A program made the translations under genes and the position numbers. A DNA stretch of 64,000 bases from Candidatus Jorgensenbacteria bacterium (GTDB taxonomy: Bacteria > Patescibacteriota > Minisyncoccia > UBA6257 > GWB1-50-10). The notes below the pieces were generated by a model. That model was given only the letters and a program-made list of their open reading frames with translations, ran no database searches and was not told the origin of the DNA. The stretch is taken from the NCBI GenBank assembly GCA_043807585.1, contig JAZDFV010000013.1, positions 2,039-66,038 of the forward strand, given 5' to 3'. Shown one piece after another: positions 39,370 to 48,568 of this stretch (the stretch's first letter is position 1; each line of letters starts with the position of its first letter).

Positions 39370-39593
39370 CAAAAAATCAAAGAAGCGGGCTTGTCCTGCT
39401 TTTTTGATTTTTGCCCCAAAACGAAGCGCCTGCGCGCTTTGTGTGGAGAATCGGACGTCGGAGCGATGTGCCGCGAGTACGCGGCACCGCGAGGCGGTGC
39501 CCAGGCCGAGGAGCGCGACGGCGCGACGAGAGGCGAGGGCGATCTCTCCTTGGGGCTGCAACGTACAATTGGCAGAGACCCGCCATGAGGTTG

Positions 39594-39625
39594 TTAACAA
39601 ATTACACGGCCGTGTAATTTGTTAA
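39594..39625. repeat. Orphan copy of the paralog-2 palindrome
   Basis: 39592-39625 is identical to 30374-30407. Confidence 0.92.
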
Positions 39626-39751
39626 TACGCCAAAAACAGATACGGAATAAAGGGCGGAGCTTTCTAATTGACAGGGTGCCCCCTCGAGTGGTACCTTCCA
39701 TTCAGTTTCTTAACTCACGGATATACCACTAGATCATCGGAGGAATGACCT

Positions 39752-40477
39752 ATGAACACCACGAACCGGATTTTTGTGGCGCTGGATGGCCTCGGGAAAA
39801 CGGCTGCCTGCGAACTTGTCAGAGAGATTAGTAACTCCGTCCATGAAACGACCGAGAGGAGCGTTGGTGCTTTCAAGATCCACGATCTTTGGGACCAGGA
39901 GGGCCCGGATATCGTCCGTCTTTTGAGGGATGCCGGCGCTAATTATGTTTTCATTGACCTCAAGCTCCATGATGTTCCGAACACGGTCGGGCTCCGCGCA
40001 AAAGCGGTTGCCGCCTCGGGAGCTAATATTGTGACCGTTCACGCCAGTGGAGGTATTGAGATGATGCAGGCCGCAGTAGCGAACAATATCAGGGTTGTCG
40101 GAATCACGATACTCACCTCTTTGACCGAGGAAGACACGCACTTGCTTTGTGGTCAGCCCACAAAAGCTGCGGTTCTTGAACGAGCCAGGTGGGCCAAGCT
40201 CGCTGGCGTGTACGGTGTTGTCTGCTCTGCGCATGAGGTCAGCGTGCTTGCCAAACGCCCGGAATTGAAAGGGCTCAAGCTCATCGTTCCCGGCATTCGC
40301 CTCAAGGGTAAGAGTGCCGTTGATGACAACCAGAAACGGGTTGATTCGCCTCTTGCGGCGTTCGAGGCCGGCGCCGACCACATCGTCGTGGGAAGCGAGA
40401 TCACGGGATCCCCGGATCCGATCGCGACCCTTGAACAGATCATAGAACAGATTGCCCCACTCGAAACCAAAGAGTAG
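39752..40477 (+). CDS. pyrF: Orotidine-5'-phosphate decarboxylase
   Basis: FIDLKLHDVPNTV, TVHASGG and VPGIR. Confidence 0.93.
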   Translation: MNTTNRIFVALDGLGKTAACELVREISNSVHETTERSVGAFKIHDLWDQEGPDIVRLLRDAGANYVFIDLKLHDVPNTVGLRAKAVAASGANIVTVHASGGIEMMQAAVANNIRVVGITILTSLTEEDTHLLCGQPTKAAVLERARWAKLAGVYGVVCSAHEVSVLAKRPELKGLKLIVPGIRLKGKSAVDDNQKRVDSPLAAFEAGADHIVVGSEITGSPDPIATLEQIIEQIAPLETKE

Positions 40478-40496
40478 GGGAGGAAGGAAGATAGCT

Positions 40497-41234
40497 ATGA
40501 AAAACGTTCTGTCGATCGGAAGTGTCGAGGAACTACGGAGTCTCTCGCTTGTCGAAGACGTGGGGCATATGCTTTTCGGAGAAGCCGAAGTAGGCCACGT
40601 CCTGAAGCTCTGCGACGCGCTGTGGCTCCACTCCGGAAATCCCACGGACCCGCATGCGGAACTCACGTCGGGCAAGTGCAGCAACGGTTTTGTGGATGTT
40701 CTGCGCGCCCTCCGCTATACCAACCTCTGCGAGATTTTTGCCGACCAGTTGCTGGTGCGGGTGAAGGCGAAAATGACCAGGGTGGATTTCGGCGGCCCGA
40801 TAGATTGGGTCATCGGTTCCGATCATGCCGGTGCAGCTCTTTCGCACAGCGTGGCAACGCTCTTGAAGGCACAGCATGATTTCACTGAAAAAGGGCCTGA
40901 CAAGACCCAGCTCTGGAAGCGCTTTACCATTGAGCCGGGAGAGACGGTGTTGCAGGTGGAGGAACTCATGACGACGTCGGGAACACTCCTGGCGGTGCGT
41001 AAGGGAATCCGCGAGGGAAATGCCAAACGGCCAGTTTCCTTTACTCCCTTTGTGGCAACACTTGTGCACCGGTCCGATGTCTATGATATCGAGGGAACTC
41101 CGGTTGCATACCTCGTGCACTACGACATTGATACGTGGGAGCCCGCGGAGTGTCCGCTCTGCGCCGCCGGTTCGGAACGGTTGCGCCCGAAGGAAGGAAA
41201 GAATTGGGCTAAGCTCACGGGCAAAACTGCCTAG
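40497..41234 (+). CDS. pyrE: Orotate phosphoribosyltransferase-like protein
   Basis: HAELTSGK, PRPP-binding VEELMTTSGT and CPLC; follows pyrF. Confidence 0.8.
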   Translation: MKNVLSIGSVEELRSLSLVEDVGHMLFGEAEVGHVLKLCDALWLHSGNPTDPHAELTSGKCSNGFVDVLRALRYTNLCEIFADQLLVRVKAKMTRVDFGGPIDWVIGSDHAGAALSHSVATLLKAQHDFTEKGPDKTQLWKRFTIEPGETVLQVEELMTTSGTLLAVRKGIREGNAKRPVSFTPFVATLVHRSDVYDIEGTPVAYLVHYDIDTWEPAECPLCAAGSERLRPKEGKNWAKLTGKTA

Positions 41235-41255
41235 TTCATGTATCTTGAAAGAAGT

Positions 41256-41297
41256 AAGGGGCGCGCAGAATGAAACTCTGCGCGCCCCGTTTCGTTT
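41256..41297 (+). terminator. Intrinsic terminator
   Basis: ggggcgcgcaga...tctgcgcgcccc followed by T residues. Confidence 0.7.
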
Positions 41298-41376
41298 ATA
41301 AGAGTGAGCGTGTGGCGCTCGCGCTTTCATTCCCGGAGCGCAGTTCTATAATGAATCAACGTTTGCCTTTACCGCC

Positions 41377-42027
41377 ATGGAAGAACTCATCCTAAAAATC
41401 GCTCCGTTTGTGAAAGAGTACGGCGTTGTCGGGGTGTTTTTACTTTCCTTCATTGAGGAGATCATCGCTCCCGTACCTTCTTCGGTGGTGCTCATGGCGG
41501 CCGGGTTCTTTCTCCTGCCGGCGCTCGGGGCGATGAAAGAGGTGTTTCTGGATGGGTTTCTTCGCATCGTGCTCCCCGCGAGCTTGGGACTCACCTTAGG
41601 TGCGCTCCTTATCTATTCCCTCGCGTACCTATGGGGAGAACCGCTCATCAAATCGTGGGGGAAATGGTTTGGGGTGTCGTGGGGAGCGGTGGAAAAGTGG
41701 CGGACGCGCTTCATCAAGGGGTACGGCGATGAGCTCCTCGTTTTCGGCCTTCGGGCCTTTCCCATCGTGCCGAATATACTTATCTCCGCGGTCTGCGGAG
41801 TGGTGCGCTACCCCACCAAGTCCTTCATCGCGCTCACATTCCTGGGGAGCTTAGTGCGGGCGTTTCTCATGAGCATGGTAGGGTGGTCGGTGGGGGAGGC
41901 ATACCTCGCCTACGCCGCGCGCATCTCGGAGGTCAGCGGCTACCTCGTGGGCGGCATCGGGCTGTTCGTAGTGCTCGCTGTCGCGGCAGTGCTCATCCGG
42001 CGGTGGGGGAAGAGGGTGATTTTGTGA
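41377..42027 (+). CDS. DedA/VTT family membrane protein
   Basis: EEIIAPVPS and RAFPIVP motifs. Confidence 0.85.
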   Translation: MEELILKIAPFVKEYGVVGVFLLSFIEEIIAPVPSSVVLMAAGFFLLPALGAMKEVFLDGFLRIVLPASLGLTLGALLIYSLAYLWGEPLIKSWGKWFGVSWGAVEKWRTRFIKGYGDELLVFGLRAFPIVPNILISAVCGVVRYPTKSFIALTFLGSLVRAFLMSMVGWSVGEAYLAYAARISEVSGYLVGGIGLFVVLAVAAVLIRRWGKRVIL

Positions 42028-42128
42028 GGTTTTTCGGGGGTCCCCGAAGTGCCAAAAACCCGCTTCCGACCTTGCAAATCGGGGCTTTTTCGTGATAGAA
42101 TAGAGAGGTCCCGAGGGAGGGACTTTTT

Positions 42129-45100
42129 ATGCCCGAAGACAAGAAAACCCCGTCATACAGCGCCAAGGACATCTATGTTTTGGAGGGGCTCCAGCCGGTG
42201 CGGAAGCGCCCCGGGATGTACATTGGTTCCACTGGCGTGGACGGTTTGCATCACCTCATCTGGGAGGTTGTGGACAATTCCATCGACGAGGCGATGGCCG
42301 GTTATGCCAAGAACATCGCGGTGGAGATCAAAAAGGGGAGCCGCATCGCCGTCACCGACGACGGCCGCGGAATCCCGGTGGACTTGCATGCCCAGACCAA
42401 GAAATCGGCCCTGGAGACCGTGATGACCACGCTCCACGCGGGGGGCAAGTTCGGCGGCGAATCCTATAAGGTCTCCGGCGGCCTGCACGGCGTGGGGGTC
42501 TCGGTGGTGTGCGCCCTCTCGCAGTGGATGCGGGCGGAGGTTTGCCGCGACGGAATGCGCTATGTACAGGAGTATGAGCGGGGCCGGCCGAAGTTCTCGG
42601 TGAGGAAGGAGGGGAAGTGCGGGCGGAACGGAACCAAGGTGATATTCGACCCGGACCCCGAGATATTTCAGAAAATAGAATTTGACCTCAAGAAGGTGCT
42701 GGACCACCTCCGCCAGCAGGCGTACCTCACCAAAGGGGTGCGTATCGAGCTCCTCGATGAGCGTGGCCTGTCTGCGCAGGCAGGAGAGGCGCCGCTCCGC
42801 TACGGGTTCTGCTTTGGGGGCGGGCTCCAGTCCTACATCCGCTACCTCGTGGGCGACACCAAGACCATCCAGGATCACCCGTTCTACACGCACCGCGAGG
42901 TGGAGGGGGTTGATGTGGAAGCCACCTTCGTCTATGCGGACGATATGGAGAACGAGGAGATAAGCTTTGCGAATAACATCTATACCCCCGACGGCGGCAT
43001 GCACCTCACTGGTTTCAGGTCAGCTCTTACCCGCACCCTGAACGACTACGCGCGGCGGGAGGGCTACCTCAAGGAATCGGAGGAGAACCTCACCGGGGAC
43101 GACGTGCGCGAAGGGCTCATCGCCGCCGTGTCCATCAAGATCCGCGAGCCTCAGTTCGAGGGGCAGACGAAAGCGCGGCTGGGGAACACGGAGGCGCGCA
43201 CCGCCGTGGAGGCGGCCGTGGCGGAGGGCTTGAAAGAATTCCTAGAACGCTACGGAGCGGACGCGCGGGTCATCCTGGAGAGGAATCTCCTCGCGGCGAA
43301 GGCGCGCAAGGCCGCGAAGGCCGCGAAGGACACCGTGCTTCGGAAAGGGGCCCTGGAGGGCCTCACCTTGCCGGGCAAATTGGCCGATTGCAGCTCGCGC
43401 AAGGCGGAGGAATCGGAACTCTTCATAGTTGAGGGCGATTCCGCAGGCGGCTGCTTTTTTGGAAAAACTGAGGTCGCATTAATGGATGGCAGAAATTTAT
43501 CTTTTGAAAAAATAGTTGAAGAACATAGTCAAGGCAAAAAAAATTATTGCTATACAATTAAAAATGATGGTAGCGTTGGTGTCGAGTTAATAAAAAATCC
43601 AAGGAAAACAAAACAAAATGCAGAAGTTATTAAAGTTATTTTAGACAATGATGAAGAAATAATCTGTACTCCGGACCATAAATTCGTATTGAGAGACGGA
43701 GGATATAAAATGGCGAAAGATTTAAAACCGGAAGATTCTTTGATGCCATTACATAAAAAACTTTCAAAAATAGAAGAGCGAATAACAATTGAAGGATACG
43801 AAATGGTTTTGAATCCGCGAAATTTAAAATGGATTTTTACTCATTTGTTATCTGATAAATATAATCTTGAAAACGGCATCTATTCAGAAATCGGCGGTTG
43901 TAATAAACATCACGTTGATTTTAATAAATTAAATAACAATCCGGATAATATAATAAGGATGACCAGAGAAGAACATTTTGAGTATCATAGAAAAATGATA
44001 GAATTTGGGTTGCACAGAGAAGATATAAAGGAAAAATCTAAAAAAGCTCACAGGACAAAAGAATATAGGGAAAAAGTGAGTCAAATTATGGGTACTCCCG
44101 AAATGAGAGTGATGCTGAGCGAAAGAGCTAAAAAGCAGTGGCAGAGCGCAGAATACAAGAATTTTATGGTCGGGAAATTCCTCGAATTCTACAGGAATAA
44201 TTCAGAGTACCGAGAGAAAAATAATAAGCTTTTAGATAAGGTCCAGAAAGAATATTGGGCAAGCGGGGAAAATAAAAAGAAGCAGGCTGAAAGGGTTAAA
44301 AAATATTTTGAATTGCATCCGGAAAAACGAAAGGAACTTTCAACGCTCGCACGAACGCAGTGGCAAAATGAAAATTTGCGCCAGTGGCGCTCGGAACGAA
44401 CCAAAAAACAGTGGTCGCCCGAATTTCGGAAAAATCGGAAAATCGCATATAACGAAACATATCTCGCGAAAGCAATGCGGGTATTACGCAATTTTTATGA
44501 ATACACCGGCGAAGTTTCCGTTGAAAAATACAACGCTTTCCGCCGGCAAACGAACGACAAATCACTACTGCGATTTGATACGATTGTCAGCAGGTTTTTC
44601 GGCGGCGAAAGGGAGCGTCTCGTTGATGCCGTAATTCACTACAACCATAAAATAGTCCGTATTGAAGCGGTATTGGAAAAGATGGATGTGTACGACCTTG
44701 AAGTGCCCGGTACCCATAACTTCGCTTTGGCCTCGGGTGTTTTCGTTCATAACAGCGCGAAGCAGGGCCGCGACCGCCGGTTCCAGGCCATTCTGCCTCT
44801 GAAAGGGAAGATCCTGAACGTAGAAAAGGCGCGCATCGACAAGATGCTCGCGAACAAGGAGATACGTTCCCTCGTGATAGCGCTGGGAACGGCCATCGCC
44901 GAAAATTTCGATCTCTCAAAGCTCCGCTACGGGAAGGTCATCCTTATGACCGATGCCGACGTGGACGGCGCCCACATCCGGACGCTCCTCCTTACCCTCT
45001 TCTACCGCTACTTCCCGCAGATCATTGAACACGGGCACCTCTACATCGCCCAGCCGCCGCTCTTTCGCCTCCAGCGGGGGAAGGAGGTGCGCTACGCGTG

Positions 45101-45365
45101 GAGCGATGCCGAGCGCGACAAGGTGACAAAGGCGCTGGGCGGCGATAGCGTCGGCATCCAGCGCTACAAGGGGCTTGGGGAGATGAACCCCACCCAACTC
45201 TGGGAGACGACACTTGACCCCGCGACGCGGGTTTTGAAGCAGGTCATGGTGGAGGATGCTGTGGAAGCGGATCACCTCTTTGACATCCTCATGGGTGAGG
45301 CTGTGGAGCCGCGGAAGAATTTCATCCAGGCACACGCGGTCATGGTGAAGAACCTTGACATTTAA
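42129..45365 (+). CDS. gyrB: DNA gyrase subunit B, intein-containing
   Basis: VRKRPGMYIG, EVVDNSIDE, EGDSAGG|SAKQGR, MTDADVDG and RYKGLGEMN. Confidence 0.97.
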   Translation: MPEDKKTPSYSAKDIYVLEGLQPVRKRPGMYIGSTGVDGLHHLIWEVVDNSIDEAMAGYAKNIAVEIKKGSRIAVTDDGRGIPVDLHAQTKKSALETVMTTLHAGGKFGGESYKVSGGLHGVGVSVVCALSQWMRAEVCRDGMRYVQEYERGRPKFSVRKEGKCGRNGTKVIFDPDPEIFQKIEFDLKKVLDHLRQQAYLTKGVRIELLDERGLSAQAGEAPLRYGFCFGGGLQSYIRYLVGDTKTIQDHPFYTHREVEGVDVEATFVYADDMENEEISFANNIYTPDGGMHLTGFRSALTRTLNDYARREGYLKESEENLTGDDVREGLIAAVSIKIREPQFEGQTKARLGNTEARTAVEAAVAEGLKEFLERYGADARVILERNLLAAKARKAAKAAKDTVLRKGALEGLTLPGKLADCSSRKAEESELFIVEGDSAGGCFFGKTEVALMDGRNLSFEKIVEEHSQGKKNYCYTIKNDGSVGVELIKNPRKTKQNAEVIKVILDNDEEIICTPDHKFVLRDGGYKMAKDLKPEDSLMPLHKKLSKIEERITIEGYEMVLNPRNLKWIFTHLLSDKYNLENGIYSEIGGCNKHHVDFNKLNNNPDNIIRMTREEHFEYHRKMIEFGLHREDIKEKSKKAHRTKEYREKVSQIMGTPEMRVMLSERAKKQWQSAEYKNFMVGKFLEFYRNNSEYREKNNKLLDKVQKEYWASGENKKKQAERVKKYFELHPEKRKELSTLARTQWQNENLRQWRSERTKKQWSPEFRKNRKIAYNETYLAKAMRVLRNFYEYTGEVSVEKYNAFRRQTNDKSLLRFDTIVSRFFGGERERLVDAVIHYNHKIVRIEAVLEKMDVYDLEVPGTHNFALASGVFVHNSAKQGRDRRFQAILPLKGKILNVEKARIDKMLANKEIRSLVIALGTAIAENFDLSKLRYGKVILMTDADVDGAHIRTLLLTLFYRYFPQIIEHGHLYIAQPPLFRLQRGKEVRYAWSDAERDKVTKALGGDSVGIQRYKGLGEMNPTQLWETTLDPATRVLKQVMVEDAVEADHLFDILMGEAVEPRKNFIQAHAVMVKNLDI
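43452..44753 (+). mobile_element. Intein (434 aa) with an HNH-type endonuclease
   Basis: Starts CFFGKTEV, block B CTPDH, ends VFVHN before Ser; HHVDFNKLNNNPDNI; AT-rich relative to the exteins. Confidence 0.93.
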
Positions 45366-45468
45366 ATGTATCGATACCAATATACAAATGGTACGAATGA
45401 TGCGAATCATACGAATTCGCATTCATTAGTATCATTCGCATGCATTCGTATATTAGCATCGCACTCTT

Positions 45469-45657
45469 ATGATTGAGCGAGCCAAACTATTTCTCCAAGA
45501 GTCCCGCCAGGAGCTCCGGCGGGTGAACTGGCCGACCCGCGAGGAAACCATGCGGTACACAGTCTTCGTCATCGTACTCTCCTTGGGGTTTGCGGTGTTC
45601 CTCGGCGTGCTCGATTTCGTTTTTATGCAGGCGCTCCAGAGAACCCTTGCGCTTTAA
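45469..45657 (+). CDS. secE: Preprotein translocase SecE
   Basis: ELRRVNWPTREE plus a TM helix. Confidence 0.92.
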   Translation: MIERAKLFLQESRQELRRVNWPTREETMRYTVFVIVLSLGFAVFLGVLDFVFMQALQRTLAL

Positions 45658-45660
45658 CCT

Positions 45661-46233
45661 ATGCCTATACGCACCGCAAAAAGGGAGGCAACCCCCCAAG
45701 CGAGCAAGGAGCGGCGGTGGTACGCCATTCACACGTACTCGGGCTACGAGGACGCGGTGGAGCGTTACCTAAAACAGCGCGTGGAGTCACTTCTCATGAC
45801 CGATAAAATATTCAACGTGGTGGTGCCCAAGGAGGTTAAGATCAGGGTGAAGGGGGGAAAGCGCCAGACGTTCGAGGAGAAGATCTACCCGGGCTACGTG
45901 CTCGTGGATATGGTCCTGGACCACGATTCGTGGGCGGTGGTGCGTAACACGCCCCGCGTGACGGGTTTTGTGGGTTCCGACCCCACGGTTCCCGCGCCGC
46001 TATCCGCCGCCGAGGTGGCGGAACTTATGGCGCGCATGGGTCAGCGGGAGACGAAATTCAAGGTGGATTTGAAGGTGAATGACCTTGTGCGTATTGTGGA
46101 CGGCCCGTTCCGGGACCAGGAGGGGAAAGTGGCGGAGGTGGACGAGGAACATGGGAAGGTGAAGGTGCTGGTCCCCATCTTCGGGCGCGACACATTATTG
46201 GAGCTGGATTCGCTGCAGGTGCAGAAGGTATAA
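45661..46233 (+). CDS. nusG: Transcription factor NusG
   Basis: WYAIHTYSGYE, PGYVLV and a KOW motif. Confidence 0.96.
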   Translation: MPIRTAKREATPQASKERRWYAIHTYSGYEDAVERYLKQRVESLLMTDKIFNVVVPKEVKIRVKGGKRQTFEEKIYPGYVLVDMVLDHDSWAVVRNTPRVTGFVGSDPTVPAPLSAAEVAELMARMGQRETKFKVDLKVNDLVRIVDGPFRDQEGKVAEVDEEHGKVKVLVPIFGRDTLLELDSLQVQKV

Positions 46234-46361
46234 ATCCTAAGCACGAAATCCTAAATCCTAAACAAATTACAAATCCCAAATCATAAACATTAAACGGTTT
46301 TGAGCTTTGAGTTTTAGAGCTTGGAATTTGTTTAGAGTTTAGATATTAGGATTTAGAGTTT
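46231..46361. repeat. Inverted heptamer (AAATCCT-like) repeat
   Basis: aaatcctaagcacgaaatcctaaatcctaaacaaatt ... aatttgtttagagtttagatattaggattt. Confidence 0.75.
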
Positions 46362-46370
46362 GACACAATT

Positions 46371-46796
46371 ATGGCTAAACCAATAAAAACAGTGCTTAAG
46401 TTACAAATACCCGCCGGTGCCGCGAACCCTGCACCTCCGATTGGGCCCGCGCTGGGCCAGCATGGCGTGAACATCGCGAAGTTCTGCCAGGAGTTCAATG
46501 AGGCGACCAAGGCGCTCACGGGCGATATCATCCCGGCGGAAATCACCATCTACGAGGACCGTAGCTTTACGTTCGTTTTGAAGACCCCGCCGGTAGCGTC
46601 GCTTTTGAAGAAAGCAGCTGGTATCGAGAAGGGTTCCGCCGAGCCCCACAAGATAAAGGTAGGGAAGGTGACGCGCGCGGACGTGCGTGCGATCGCCGAG
46701 AAGAAAATGCCGGATTTGAACACCGAGAATATTGAGGCAGCCATGCGCATCGTGGAGGGCACTGCAAGACAGATGGGGATTGAAGTCGTTGAATAG
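46371..46796 (+). CDS. rplK: 50S ribosomal protein L11
   Basis: [12 protein letters not shown] and GTARQMG. Confidence 0.97.
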   Translation: MAKPIKTVLKLQIPAGAANPAPPIGPALGQHGVNIAKFCQEFNEATKALTGDIIPAEITIYEDRSFTFVLKTPPVASLLKKAAGIEKGSAEPHKIKVGKVTRADVRAIAEKKMPDLNTENIEAAMRIVEGTARQMGIEVVE

Positions 46797-46864
46797 TTGA
46801 GGCACAGATGCTCTTTTATAATCCCCGCGAGGGGATTTTTTTGTGTTAGAATGAATTGGAAGTT

Positions 46865-48358
46865 ATGTATCTCCCGACAATCGGTTTGGAAATCCACATT
46901 GAACTCAAAACGCAGACCAAGATGTTCTGCGGGTGCAGGAACAATCCGGAAGAGCCGCAGCCGAATACGAACGTCTGTCCTATATGCTTGGCGCATCCTG
47001 GAACGCTTCCCGTGCCGAACCGCGAGGCCATCGCGGCGGTCATAAAGCTCGGCATGGCGCTCGGCGGCACCATCGCGGAACACTCCCACTTTGACCGCAA
47101 AAGCTACTTCTACCCTGACCTCCCAAAGGGATACCAGATATCGCAGTACGAGGAGCCGCTCGTGAACGGGGGGTTCTTGAACGGCGTCCGCATCACGCGG
47201 ATTCATTTGGAGGAAGATACCGCGAGACTCATACACGAGTCGAGTCCCGGCCTTGCGTCGGGACGCGCTGGCTCCGACGCCGCACGCGGGTCGGAGCAAA
47301 AGAGTACTTTTGTCGATTTCAACCGCGCTGGGGTGCCCTTGATGGAGCTCGTGACCGAGCCGGACGTGAAGAACGCCCGCGAAGCGGTACAGTTCGCGAC
47401 TGAGCTCCGGCGCATTGTGCGCTACCTCGGCATTTCCGATGGGGATATGGAAAAGGGACACATGCGCGTTGAAGTGAATATTTCACTTCAACACGAAATC
47501 TCAAATCTCAAATCTCAAATCTCAAATAAATTTGGGACCAAAGTGGAAGTAAAAAACCTTAACTCGTTCAGGGCGGTCCATGACGCGATTGAGCACGAGT
47601 TAGAGCGGCAAGAACATTTGCTCAAGCGGGGAGAAAAAATTGCGCAGGAAACGAGGGGCTGGAACGACAAGAAGGGCGTGACGGAGAGCCAGCGCTCCAA
47701 GGAGTCAGCTCACGACTACCGCTACTTCCCGGAGCCGGACATCCCGCCGCTTGACCTTACTAAATGGGATCTGGAAAAACTGCGGCAGGAAATTCCGGAA
47801 CTCCCGGAAGCGAAGCGGAAGCGGTTCGGGGCGGAATTCGGCATCGCGCCGGAGCAGGCGGAATTGCTCGCGGAGGACTCCGCGGCAGCCGATTATTTCG
47901 AGAACGCCGCAAGTGAGCTTAAAGCCAAGTTACCAACTACCAATTACTCGTTACTATTCAACTATTTCACATCCGATTTGAAGGGTCTTATGAACGAGCG
48001 GGGAGCGGCCATCACCGATCTTAAGTTCCCTCCGGAGCACTTTGCGCACCTTGCCTCGCTTGCGGCAGCGGGCAAGCTTTCAAGCCGCCTCGCCAAGGAT
48101 ATGCTCCTCAAAATGTTTGAAACGGGAGAAGATCCGGAAACGATTATGAAAGAAAGCGGCGTGCGTCTCATTGGCGACGAGTCGGAATTGGAGAAAATCG
48201 TCGCGGATGTCATCGCCGCGAATCCTAAGCCAGTGGGAGATTTCAGAAAGGGCAAGACAAACGCGCTCCAGTTCCTCGTTGGCCAGGCGATGGCGAAGAC
48301 GAAAGGGCAGGCGAAGCCGGAAAAATTGAGGGAACTATTCGAAAAGAGAATGAAGTGA
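46865..48358 (+). CDS. gatB: Asp/Glu-tRNA amidotransferase subunit B
   Basis: IGLEIH, RKSYFYPDLPK and DYRYFPEPD. Confidence 0.96.
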   Translation: MYLPTIGLEIHIELKTQTKMFCGCRNNPEEPQPNTNVCPICLAHPGTLPVPNREAIAAVIKLGMALGGTIAEHSHFDRKSYFYPDLPKGYQISQYEEPLVNGGFLNGVRITRIHLEEDTARLIHESSPGLASGRAGSDAARGSEQKSTFVDFNRAGVPLMELVTEPDVKNAREAVQFATELRRIVRYLGISDGDMEKGHMRVEVNISLQHEISNLKSQISNKFGTKVEVKNLNSFRAVHDAIEHELERQEHLLKRGEKIAQETRGWNDKKGVTESQRSKESAHDYRYFPEPDIPPLDLTKWDLEKLRQEIPELPEAKRKRFGAEFGIAPEQAELLAEDSAAADYFENAASELKAKLPTTNYSLLFNYFTSDLKGLMNERGAAITDLKFPPEHFAHLASLAAAGKLSSRLAKDMLLKMFETGEDPETIMKESGVRLIGDESELEKIVADVIAANPKPVGDFRKGKTNALQFLVGQAMAKTKGQAKPEKLRELFEKRMK

Positions 48359-48568
48359 GAGTGAAGAACAGGGTGCTTTAACCAATTAAAGCACCCCCTT
48401 TTTCATGTACCGCGAGAAAACTACAGACGTGAACCCGCGGAGTTTCATTGGGCATGCGTCTCGGGTCCTTCCGTTATTAGTTTGACATTTATTTTGCTTT
48501 AGGTTATAATACAACTAGACCATTTCCACTAAATACCATACGCCAAACCAATCAAGGAGGGGCATATC

